Source: an uncultured Balneolaceae bacterium (GTDB lineage Bacteria; Bacteroidota; Rhodothermia; Balneolales; Balneolaceae). From it: 32,000 nt of DNA. The position numbers and the translations under genes were made by a program. Of the stretch, positions 7,976-16,189 are shown piece after piece (position 1 is the stretch's first letter; each line of letters opens with the position of its first letter). The stretch lies in the NCBI GenBank assembly GCA_964528445.1, contig CAZGSL010000001.1, positions 82,530 to 114,529 on the forward strand, given 5' to 3'. Below the pieces are notes generated by a model that had not been told where the DNA came from, searched no databases, and worked only from the letters and a program-made list of their open reading frames with translations.

Positions 7976-9346
7976 TCAGGCGTACTCCGGCAGGCGGCGG
8001 AAAAATTCCGCGGAGGTTTCGATCCCCCGGTAGAAATCCTTGAGCGAGAACTTCTCGTTGGGAGAGTGAATGGCATCGCTGGTGAGGCCGAAGCCCATCA
8101 GTATGGACTGGGCTCCCAGCACCTTCTTGAAATCGGCCACGATGGGAATGGATCCCCCTTCCCGGGCATAGAGCGGCTCTTTGCCGTAGACCTCTTCGAA
8201 AGCGTCGGCTGCCGCCTTGAGGCCATAAAAGGAGAGATCGGTACTCGCCGGATGTCCCCCGTGATGCTCGGTCACCTCGACCTCCACCGTATCGGGAGCC
8301 AGTTCGTGGATGTATTCGGTAAAGAGGCGGGCGACGGTTTCGGGGTCCTGGTCAGGCACCAGGCGCATGCTGATCTTGGCCCCCGCCTTTGAGGGCAGAA
8401 CGGTCTTGGCCCCCTCTCCCTGGTAGCCGCTCCACATCCCGTTTACGTCGATCGAGGGGCGCGCGGTGGTCCGCTCCAGGGTGCTGTAGCCTTCCTCCCC
8501 GTTCAGGGCCTTGAGGCCCAGCTCCTTTTTGTAGGCCTCGGGGTCGAAGGGCAGTTTCGCGAAGGCTTCCCTCTCCTCATCGGTAATCGGTTTCACGTCG
8601 TCGTAGAATCCGGGTATCTGGATGACACCGGCTTCGTCTTTCAGCCGGGCGATCATCCCGGATAGCACCATGGCCGGGTTGTCCACCGCTCCGCCGTAAA
8701 CGCCCGAATGGAGATCCCGGTTGGGACCGGTAAGATTCACCTCCATATACGCAAGCCCCCGGAGTCCGTACGTCAGGGAGGGGGTATCCTCCGCGAACAT
8801 GGCGGTGTCGGAGATGACCACCATGTCGCACTCCAGCAGTTCCCGGTGCTCGGTAATAAAAGGCACGAGATGGGGAGAGCCGATCTCTTCCTCTCCCTCC
8901 AGGATGAATTTGATATTGACGGGGAAAGGGGTATCCGTCCTCCTGTACGCCTCAAGCGCCTTGCAGTGGGTAAACGACTGTCCCTTGTCGTCGCTCGCCC
9001 CGCGTGCATAGATCTTACCGTCGCGAAGCGTGGGTTCGAAAGGAGGTGTCTCCCAGAGGTCCAGCGGATCCGGGGGCTGTACGTCGTAATGGCCGTATAC
9101 CAGTACCGTAGGACGGTCGCTTCCGGTTGTCAGCTCACCGTATACAATCGGGTTGCCCTCGGTTTCAAAAAGCTCAACACGGTCGAGATCCAGCGATTCC
9201 AGCTGTTTTTCCCAGAACCTGGCCGCCTCCCGCACGTCGTCCCGGTGGCTGGAGTCCGTGCTTACACTGGGTATGCGAAGCAGTTCATAAAGTTCCTCCC
9301 GAAAACGGTCCCGATTGTCGCGGATGTATTTTTTGAAATCGGCCAT
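7976..9346 (-). CDS. M20-family metallopeptidase (dipeptidase, ArgE/DapE/CNDP-like)
   Basis: LVYGHYDVQPPDPLDLWETPPFEPTLRDGKIYARGASDDKGQ and FILEGEEEIGSP are the metal-binding and catalytic motifs of M20 dipeptidases. Confidence 0.85.
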   Translation of the reverse strand: MADFKKYIRDNRDRFREELYELLRIPSVSTDSSHRDDVREAARFWEKQLESLDLDRVELFETEGNPIVYGELTTGSDRPTVLVYGHYDVQPPDPLDLWETPPFEPTLRDGKIYARGASDDKGQSFTHCKALEAYRRTDTPFPVNIKFILEGEEEIGSPHLVPFITEHRELLECDMVVISDTAMFAEDTPSLTYGLRGLAYMEVNLTGPNRDLHSGVYGGAVDNPAMVLSGMIARLKDEAGVIQIPGFYDDVKPITDEEREAFAKLPFDPEAYKKELGLKALNGEEGYSTLERTTARPSIDVNGMWSGYQGEGAKTVLPSKAGAKISMRLVPDQDPETVARLFTEYIHELAPDTVEVEVTEHHGGHPASTDLSFYGLKAAADAFEEVYGKEPLYAREGGSIPIVADFKKVLGAQSILMGFGLTSDAIHSPNEKFSLKDFYRGIETSAEFFRRLPEYA

Positions 9347-9425
9347 GGGAAAAAAGCTGTTTGTGGTTTGGTAAGTGAGAAAGTAACAAAGCGCGGTCAG
9401 GCAGACAACGCCCGGTTTATGCGCG

Positions 9426-10232
9426 CTACAGCACCTTGAGGTGTTCGGCGGGAATCCATCCGTAGAGCCCGTTACTCATCCGAACGTAATACCATCCCCC
9501 GCGGTCGTGGCTGCGCCGGTGATCTACGGTAAAGGTATAGCCCTCGAAGGCCCGGCTCACGTTGGGGGCATCCTCGCCGGGCTCTTCCCTGACGTCGGCC
9601 TCCTGCGTGACCATGACGGCGCGGCTGTACCGCTGGTCCAGGTGCCGGGCATAGAAACTGACGGCGATGATCAGAACGCCGGCCGCAAGAAGCGAGAATC
9701 CCCCGTGTTTCAACACCGTCTGCCATCGCGAGCGAAACCACCGGATGACGATCAGGATCACGCCCAGGTTCAGCAGCAGGAGTCCCCCGCCCAGGAGCGT
9801 TCGGGCTCCGATATACTCCTGTATCCACTCAATGGCCCGTTGCCAGGGAAGTTTGGGAAGAACGGCTGACTGGCGGCTGAAACGGTTCTCCACAAATTCC
9901 AGTCCCTCCCGGGCCCGCTCCCTGGTTTCCCCGTACCCGCGGGCCTTCATAAAATAGTATTTGGCTTTTCCCAGCGAATCCACCCGGGTGTAGGCAATCC
10001 CCATGTTCAGGAACAGGGCCCCGGAGAGGTGATGATCGGACTCCAGCTCCCGGTACTCCTCCAGCGCGGCGTAATACTCTCCCTCCGTGAGGTATTGATT
10101 GGCGTTATCGAACCGGGCCTGCGGAGTGTTTTGCGCCTGCGCCGCCGTGGAGAGAAGAAGGGCCAGGGCTGCGACAAAAAAAAGCCGCCCCGCATACTGG
10201 TCCGATGTGATATGGGCGAGGATTCGAAGCAC
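9426..10232 (-). CDS. BatE-like protein: signal peptide, TPR, two TM segments, C-terminal SH3-like domain
   Basis: The N-terminus has TPR-like helices (EGEYYAALEEYRELE...NMGIAYTRVDSLGKAKYYF). Hydrophobic segments LLGGGLLLLNLGVILIVI and FSLLAAGVLIIAVSF follow. The C-terminus GWYYVRMSNGLYGWIPAEHL is typical of bacterial SH3. It lies immediately downstream of the BatD-like gene with a 0-nt gap. Confidence 0.6.
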   Translation of the reverse strand: MLRILAHITSDQYAGRLFFVAALALLLSTAAQAQNTPQARFDNANQYLTEGEYYAALEEYRELESDHHLSGALFLNMGIAYTRVDSLGKAKYYFMKARGYGETRERAREGLEFVENRFSRQSAVLPKLPWQRAIEWIQEYIGARTLLGGGLLLLNLGVILIVIRWFRSRWQTVLKHGGFSLLAAGVLIIAVSFYARHLDQRYSRAVMVTQEADVREEPGEDAPNVSRAFEGYTFTVDHRRSHDRGGWYYVRMSNGLYGWIPAEHLKVL

Positions 10233-12011
10233 CTAGAGCTCTTTCATCAGTTTTTCCAGGGTGCTCTGTGCCAGATCTACATGCGACTTCAGGTACTCGT
10301 GCGTGGTATCGGGGGCGTAGCTGATTGTCGCGCATTTGTCAAGCAGCAGCCGGATGTTCTTGACCAGTTCGGGATTGACGCCCTCCTCCTCAAGCGCGGA
10401 AACATACTGCTGAATGGAGAGGCCGGCTTCGGGCAGTCCCAGTCGGTCGCCGATGAATCCGGTCAGCGCTTTCTGCAGGCGGTGATATGCCTCCTTGACC
10501 GCCCCCTCCCTCGACAGTTGAATGGCCTCCCGGAGCTGCTCGTCTGCTTTCTCGGGAGCCCTTACCGAACGGGCGAAGCTGCGGTTGCTGTTCATCTTCT
10601 CGTGATAGGTTTTCTGCCAGTACCCTACGGCGAGCAGCAGCAGGGGGAACGTGATGCCGGTCCAGAACCACCAACGGTCCAGCAGGCCGCCCGATCTCGG
10701 GCCGGTCCAGCTGGTCAGCCCGGTCACCGGCTGCACGGCGAGAGATCGGTAATCGGCGGAGGGTGTGACGGCATCGGGACTCCGAACGGCGTTAACGGTA
10801 AGGGCAGGCAGGGTCTGCTGCCGGTAATCCTCGATTTCGGGATCGTACCACGAGAGGGTTGTTTCGGGGATGGTGTGACTGCCCGGGGTACGGGCCACTA
10901 CGACGTCCGTAAATATTTTCCTGCCGCTTATCCTGCGGTTTTCCCGGTTGATCATGGTATTTTCCCGGGGCGTATAGGTTTCCAGTCCGTCGGGAAACGG
11001 GTACTCTGGGCCCGAGAGCAGCGGAAGATTGCCGGTTCCGCTGATCACGGTTTCAATTTCGATGGATTCCCCCACCGTAACTTCCCGCCTGGAGATGTTC
11101 CGGCTGATGTTGAAATCGCCTACACCCACGGTCGCATGGTCCCCCTCGCGGTCAGGAAGCGGCCGAACGTTCAGGGTCAGGGGATCGCTTTCAAGTTCGA
11201 CCTGCCGCTGGTTGGATCCGAATCCCCCGAAAAAACTGCTGAAGGGATCGTCTCTCGAAGAGGTGGAGCGTACCGTCGTCACCACCTCGTAGGGACTGAT
11301 GGTCAGCTCTCCCGACTTGGTGGGGAAAAGGGAAAACTGCAGGAGGCTGACCCGGTTGTAGCGAACGCCGTTCAGGACGGTGGTCTCGGCCCGCCGCCTG
11401 CTTTGGGTGTTGTCCAGCTCCTCTTTCCAGAATCCCTCGGCTTTCCACCCGGGCACCGGCTGGAAAGAGTTCACCTCCAGTTCGTCCCTGAAGTAGAGCA
11501 CGACGTCGGCGATCAGTTGCTGGCCGGAGACCGGGCGCTCGTCGCTGACCTCCATCTCCAGGTAGATCTCAGGCCGTGAATCGGCGGAGGGATTATCGGC
11601 TGATTCGTTCCGGTCAATGACGGTAACGCGGATAGCGTTTGTTTCGTGGCGGTTCCCGTCGATGGTGACGGGAACGGAGGGAATTTCATAGGTGCCGCTG
11701 TTTTCGGCGGTCAGGTAGTAGGTGTAGGCGTAACTCGTGCTGCTGCGGCCGTTGATGAAATTAAAGCTGCGGGAGGTGGAGGGCGTGTTGCTGAGCAGGC
11801 GGAAACCTGGAATATCCGGAATATCGGGACGGGATACATCGGTGAAATTCCCGCTGATCTCGATGGTAAACTCCACACGTTCTCCGGTATAGATCGTGTT
11901 TTGGGAGATCGTGGCTTCCACATTGGGAGAGGTCTGGCCCCTGGCGATCCCGGCGGTAAGCGCAATCAGCAGTACGCAAAAGAGGCCCGCGTGCTTACCA
12001 GTCCTTTTCAT
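10233..12011 (-). CDS. batD: BatD-like (oxygen-tolerance family) protein
   Basis: It has a signal peptide, then repeated beta-rich modules of the form 'VEATISQNTIYTGERVEFTIEISG...SGTYEIPSVPVTIDG' that are typical of BatD. There is a late TM segment (WWFWTGITFPLLLLAVGYW) and a helical cytoplasmic tail. At about 590 aa the size also fits the family. Confidence 0.7.
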   Translation of the reverse strand: MKRTGKHAGLFCVLLIALTAGIARGQTSPNVEATISQNTIYTGERVEFTIEISGNFTDVSRPDIPDIPGFRLLSNTPSTSRSFNFINGRSSTSYAYTYYLTAENSGTYEIPSVPVTIDGNRHETNAIRVTVIDRNESADNPSADSRPEIYLEMEVSDERPVSGQQLIADVVLYFRDELEVNSFQPVPGWKAEGFWKEELDNTQSRRRAETTVLNGVRYNRVSLLQFSLFPTKSGELTISPYEVVTTVRSTSSRDDPFSSFFGGFGSNQRQVELESDPLTLNVRPLPDREGDHATVGVGDFNISRNISRREVTVGESIEIETVISGTGNLPLLSGPEYPFPDGLETYTPRENTMINRENRRISGRKIFTDVVVARTPGSHTIPETTLSWYDPEIEDYRQQTLPALTVNAVRSPDAVTPSADYRSLAVQPVTGLTSWTGPRSGGLLDRWWFWTGITFPLLLLAVGYWQKTYHEKMNSNRSFARSVRAPEKADEQLREAIQLSREGAVKEAYHRLQKALTGFIGDRLGLPEAGLSIQQYVSALEEEGVNPELVKNIRLLLDKCATISYAPDTTHEYLKSHVDLAQSTLEKLMKEL

Positions 12012-12702
12012 TGGAGTTTGTGCTCGATTCCGTTTTTTGTTTCTTGAATTCCTTCAGCAGGTCTCTCTCTTTCTGTTCAAGCGCCTGAAGGATCTTTTCG
12101 GCCTCGGCTTTGCTTATCTGGCTGTTTTGCTGGCGTTGTTGCTGGTTTTGCTGTTGTTGCTCCTGCTGTTCCGGGTTCTGCTCCTGATTTTGCTGATTCT
12201 GCTGCTGTTGCTGCTGGTCCTGTTGATTCTGCTGGTTTTGCTGGTTCTGACTCTGCTGCTGATTCTGTTGCTGCTGTTGCTGCTCCTGCTCCTGCTGCTT
12301 TTGCATCGCCAGTTCGTAGTTGTGCTTGGCGTCGGCATCGCCGTTCCGGTAGCGGAGCGCGTTCCGGTAGTAGTCCAGGGCCCGGTCCCATTGCTGGCCG
12401 TCCGTATAGATGTTGCCGATATTGTAGTTGGCCCTGGCTTCGTCACGCGGATCATCCGTCATCGATTTGTACTGTTCGAATGTCCGGACGGCCTCTTCGC
12501 TCTTGCCGGTTTTGGCCAGCGCGTTCCCCAGGTTGAAATAGAGTCTGGCATTGTCGGGCTCGCTGTCAATAGCCTGCCGGTAGAGTTCAACCGCTTTTTC
12601 ATACTCCCCGTTTCTGTAGGCTTCGTTGGCCTTGCGGGCGTCATCCGGGGAGGCCCCCGCCAGGAGAATGGCAAGTGACAGTATGAGGATTCTTCTTATC
12701 AT
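11995..12702 (-). CDS. BatC-like TPR protein with a long Gln/Asn-rich low-complexity segment
   Basis: It has a signal-like N-terminus and TPR repeats (ANEAYRNGEYEKAVELYRQAI, LYFNLGNALAKTGKSEEAV, ANYNIGNIYTDGQQWDRALDYYRNALR). About 60 residues dominated by Q and N follow. Its 3' end overlaps the batD-like start by 17 nt. Confidence 0.55.
   Translation of the reverse strand: MIRRILILSLAILLAGASPDDARKANEAYRNGEYEKAVELYRQAIDSEPDNARLYFNLGNALAKTGKSEEAVRTFEQYKSMTDDPRDEARANYNIGNIYTDGQQWDRALDYYRNALRYRNGDADAKHNYELAMQKQQEQEQQQQQQNQQQSQNQQNQQNQQDQQQQQQNQQNQEQNPEQQEQQQQNQQQRQQNSQISKAEAEKILQALEQKERDLLKEFKKQKTESSTNSNEKDW
12121..12306 (-). repeat. imperfect CTG/TTG (CAG/CAA on the coding strand) trinucleotide-repeat tract encoding the Q/N-rich segment
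   Basis: The plus strand reads ...ttgctggttttgctgttgttgctcctgctg...ctgctgttgctgctggtcctgttg.... The tract lies inside the BatC-like CDS. Confidence 0.8.
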
Positions 12703-12757
12703 AGCGTGTTTTTTCCTGAAAATCGTTAACGAACGAATCGCCGCCAGATTGTGAAAG

Positions 12758-13519
12758 CTAGTCCATGCTTTCTGCCAGCGCGAGGGTCTCCTCGTCCATT
12801 TTCATGTTGGTGAAGACATTGGATACGTCGTCGTTCTCCTCAAATTGTTCCATCAGTCTGAAATTGGAGCGGGCCGTCTTCTCATCCACTTTGACTTCCG
12901 TGATGGGAATACGGATCAGTTCGGAAGATTCCACCTCGTAATCGAACGCCTCGAGGGCCTCCTTCACCTCAAACATCTTTTCCCGTCCGGTGGTGACGGC
13001 AAAATACTCCTCCTCCGCGTCAATCTCCTCCGCGCCGGCGTCGATGGCGTTCAGCATGAACTCCTCTTCGTCATGGTCGTTTCTGACCACCCGGACCATC
13101 CCTTTCTGATTGAAGAGGTATCCCACCGATCCGTCGGTGCCCAGGTTACCGCCGTGCTTGGAGAAGAGATAACGAATGTCGGCCACCGTGCGGTTGTAAT
13201 TGTTGGTGGTCACCTCTATGAAATAGGCAATGCCTCCCGGGCCGTATCCTTCGTAGGTGGCGTCTTCGTAGCGCCCCTCTCCCTCATCCAGTTCGCCTGT
13301 CCCTTTCTTAATGGCTCGCTCGATGTTGTCTTTGGGGACATTGTCGCTCTTGGCGTTGTCAATGGCCATGCTGAGGCGGGGATTCGTATCGGGATCGCCG
13401 CCTCCTTCCCGGGCGGCCACGGAGATCTCCCTCAGGTGCTTGTTGAAGATCTTGTTCCGTTTTTTGTCTTCACGGGCCTTCTTGTGCTTGATGTTGGCCC
13501 ATTTGGAATGACCTGCCAT
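12758..13519 (-). CDS. yebC: YebC/PmpR-family DNA-binding transcriptional regulator
   Basis: MAGHSKWANIKHKKAREDKKRNKIFNK...EGYGPGGIAYFIEVTTNNYNRTVADIR is the highly conserved YebC signature. Confidence 0.95.
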   Translation of the reverse strand: MAGHSKWANIKHKKAREDKKRNKIFNKHLREISVAAREGGGDPDTNPRLSMAIDNAKSDNVPKDNIERAIKKGTGELDEGEGRYEDATYEGYGPGGIAYFIEVTTNNYNRTVADIRYLFSKHGGNLGTDGSVGYLFNQKGMVRVVRNDHDEEEFMLNAIDAGAEEIDAEEEYFAVTTGREKMFEVKEALEAFDYEVESSELIRIPITEVKVDEKTARSNFRLMEQFEENDDVSNVFTNMKMDEETLALAESMD

Positions 13520-13743
13520 AAGAGGTAACAGTAATCGTTATTTGGGATGATTTCCGGTTCGGTGAAACTCGCCTTGCCCAAGGTGCCCAATATAAGAGTT
13601 AGGCGGCATTGCACCTAATACGGGACCGCCGCCGAACCCCGGAATGCAACCGGTCCTCTTCTTTGTTAGCCCCTATGTGTCATACTATGGGAGCGGCTCC
13701 GCCGTTTCAGGCAGTGAGGTCAATCGATCACGAATTTTCCAGG

Positions 13744-14889
13744 ATGAAGATAGGAATTGTTTGTTATCCCACTTTCGGAGGAAGCGGGGTGGTGGCTACG
13801 GAACTGGCCAAGGAGCTGGCGCAGCGCGACCACCAGATTCATATCCTGAGTTACGAGCGGCCGGCCCGCCTGGGCGCCCTTCAGACCAACATCTCTTTTC
13901 ACGAGGTAAACCTGGTTACCTATCCCCTGTTTGAATATCCGCCGTACGACCTGGCCCTGGCTAACCAGATGGTGAACCTGATTGATCACGAGGGCATCGA
14001 TCTCCTGCATGTCCACTACGCCATTCCCCACGCCACCAGCGCGTACCTCGCCAAACAGATCCTGGGAGAGAAAGCCGCACATGTGCCTATTATCACCACG
14101 TTGCACGGGACGGACATCACGCTGGTGGGCAGCGATCCCAGTTACAAAAACGTGGTCGATTTCTCCATCAACCAGAGTGACGGCGTGACCGCCGTCTCAA
14201 ATTACCTGAGGGAGGAGACCCTGGACCGTTTTGACATTCGCCGCGAGATAGAGGTCATTCCCAACTTTATCGACCTGCAACGCTTTCGCAAATCTGACAA
14301 GGAGCATTTCAAACGCAGCATCGGCCAGGCCGGGGAGAAAGTGATCGTGCATGTTTCCAACTTTCGCGAGGTCAAGCGTGTGCCGGACGTGGTAGAGGTT
14401 TTCCACCGGATGCTGGAGGGCGGTCTGAAAGCGAAGCTGCTGCTGGTCGGAGACGGGCCCGACCGGCAGAGCGCCGAAAAAAAATGCCGGGAGCTGGGCG
14501 TCTGCGACCAGGTGCGGTTTCTCGGCAAGCAGGATCAGGTAGAGGAGATTTTATCGGTGGCCGACCTGTTCCTCATCCCCTCGGGTTCGGAAACCTTCGG
14601 CTTGGCGGCCCTGGAGGCGATGAGCTGCAGCGTCCCGGTGATCAGCTCCGATATCGGGGGACTCCCGGAGCTGAATATTCACGGAGAGACCGGGTACCTG
14701 TGCGAACTGGGGGACGTACAGGATATGGCCGAGCACGGTCTGAGGATCCTGGGGAACGAGGAGCTGCACGAGGAGATGTCCCGCAAGGCCCGAAAGCGGG
14801 CCGAAGAGTTTGAAATGAGTACGGTCGTCACCCGCTACGAAGAGTACTACCAGAGCGTACGCGAGCGGATGACCCCAGCGCTGGGTTGA
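13744..14889 (+). CDS. bshA: N-acetyl-alpha-D-glucosaminyl L-malate synthase (bacillithiol biosynthesis GT4 glycosyltransferase)
   Basis: The translation from the ATG at 13744 is collinear with Bacillus BshA as I recall it. Matching blocks are MKIGIVCYPTFGGSGVVATELAKELAQRDH, HVHYAIPHATSAYLAKQ, TTLHGTDITLVGSDPSY, VIVHVSNFREVKRV, LLLVGDGPD and the EXFGL motif. The 45 codons upstream in the ORF track (from 13609) look non-coding. Confidence 0.85.
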   Translation: MKIGIVCYPTFGGSGVVATELAKELAQRDHQIHILSYERPARLGALQTNISFHEVNLVTYPLFEYPPYDLALANQMVNLIDHEGIDLLHVHYAIPHATSAYLAKQILGEKAAHVPIITTLHGTDITLVGSDPSYKNVVDFSINQSDGVTAVSNYLREETLDRFDIRREIEVIPNFIDLQRFRKSDKEHFKRSIGQAGEKVIVHVSNFREVKRVPDVVEVFHRMLEGGLKAKLLLVGDGPDRQSAEKKCRELGVCDQVRFLGKQDQVEEILSVADLFLIPSGSETFGLAALEAMSCSVPVISSDIGGLPELNIHGETGYLCELGDVQDMAEHGLRILGNEELHEEMSRKARKRAEEFEMSTVVTRYEEYYQSVRERMTPALG

Positions 14890-14890
14890 A

Positions 14891-16099
14891 CTACGCGGCC
14901 AGTACCCGCGATACCTCTTCCGCGGCGTCTTTCAGCAGCACGGCCGAGATCACGTTCAGGTCCGACCGGTCAATTATCTCCTTCGCCTCCTCGGCGTTGG
15001 TGCCCTGAAGGCGGACGATGATGGGTACGTTTTCCACCTTCTGGGCGATCTCGGGATCCTTGACCGCCTCAATCACCCCGTTGGCGACCCGGTCGCAGCG
15101 TACGATGCCACCGAATATATTTATAAGGATGGCGCGGACGCTTTCGTCTTCCAGGATGATTCGGAAGCCGTTTTTCACCGTCTCCACGTTGGCGCTGCCG
15201 CCCACATCGAGGAAATTGGCCGGCTCGCCTCCGGACAGCTTGATGATATCCATGGTGGCCATGGCCAGTCCGGCGCCGTTCACCATGCATCCCACGTTTC
15301 CGTCCAGTTTGATGTAGTTCAGTCCGAATTCGGAGGCCTCCAGCTCAATAGGGTTCTCCTCGGATTCGTCCCGAAGTTCCTCGATCTCCCCTTGCCGGAA
15401 GAGGGCGTTGTCGTCGAAGGTCATCTTGGCGTCCAGTGCCAGCACGTCGTCGCCAGGTGTAAGTACCAGAGGATTGATCTCCACCAGGCTGGCGTCGGTC
15501 TCCTCGTAGCAGCGATAGAGCGCTATGATTAATTTCACGGCCTTCTTGAAGGCGCCGCCTTCCAGGCCAAGTGCGAAAGCCAGACGGCGCGCCTGGTTGT
15601 GCTGCAGGGCCATGCCGGGCTCCACCCACTCCTTGACGATTTTGTCGGGAGATTCCTCGGCCACCTTCTCGATTTCCATTCCTCCCTCGGTGGAGGCCAT
15701 GATCACATTCTTGCTTTTGGAGCGGTCCAGCAGAATGCCCAGGTAAAACTCCTGTGTGATGTCTACCCCGTCGGTAACGTAGATTCGCTGCACTTTCTGG
15801 CCTTCCTCGCCTGTCTGGGCGGTTACCAGCACGTCATCCAGCAGGGAATCGGCTGCCTCGCGCACCTCGTCAACAGTATCGCATAGAATCACACCCTTTG
15901 CGCCGCTCTCCTTCGTTCGGCCCTTCCCGCGTCCCCCGGCGTGGATCTGGGCCTTGACTACGAACAGAGTGGCGCCGTCGGCTTTCATCTCTTCGGCCGC
16001 CGTTACGGCGTCCTCCACGGTTGTGGCGGCGACACCTGCGGGTACGGCTACATCATGTGCTTTCAGGATCTCCTTGGCCTGGTATTCGTGTATCTTCAT
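14891..16099 (-). CDS. sucC: succinate--CoA ligase (ADP-forming) beta subunit
   Basis: MKIHEYQAKEILKAHDVAVP, VVKAQIHAGGRGKG, NYIKLDGNVGCMVNGAGLAMATMDIIK and NIFGGIVRCD are canonical SucC motifs. There is no sucD next to it. Confidence 0.97.
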   Translation of the reverse strand: MKIHEYQAKEILKAHDVAVPAGVAATTVEDAVTAAEEMKADGATLFVVKAQIHAGGRGKGRTKESGAKGVILCDTVDEVREAADSLLDDVLVTAQTGEEGQKVQRIYVTDGVDITQEFYLGILLDRSKSKNVIMASTEGGMEIEKVAEESPDKIVKEWVEPGMALQHNQARRLAFALGLEGGAFKKAVKLIIALYRCYEETDASLVEINPLVLTPGDDVLALDAKMTFDDNALFRQGEIEELRDESEENPIELEASEFGLNYIKLDGNVGCMVNGAGLAMATMDIIKLSGGEPANFLDVGGSANVETVKNGFRIILEDESVRAILINIFGGIVRCDRVANGVIEAVKDPEIAQKVENVPIIVRLQGTNAEEAKEIIDRSDLNVISAVLLKDAAEEVSRVLAA

Positions 16100-16189
16100 G
16101 TTACAAAAGGGTGAATCGGTTAATTGCCTGCAGATGAATTCCGCCGGAAGTATACCAAGTATAGGCGGTAAAAAAAAGAAGAGCGGCGT

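Noticed and set aside
10029-11579. 516-aa plus-strand ORF antisense to the BatD-like gene
   Set aside because: The antisense frame of a supported gene. It has no recognisable domains and a G/R/P-rich composition.
11896-12678. 260-aa Leu-rich, membrane-protein-like ORF on the plus strand
   Set aside because: The poly-Leu stretch is simply the reverse complement of the CAG/CAA (Gln) repeat of the BatC-like gene.
13609-13743. 45-codon N-terminal extension of bshA suggested by the ORF track
   Set aside because: BshA homologues begin at the MKIGI...GGSG motif. The extension is Arg/Cys/Pro-rich with poor coding character, and the ATG at 13744 gives the canonical N-terminus.
16100-16189. CCGCC...GGCGG hairpin next to an A8 run, considered as a terminator between the kinase gene and sucC
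   Set aside because: On the minus (transcribed) strand the T-run precedes the stem rather than following it, and the stem is short and interrupted. It is not a convincing intrinsic terminator.
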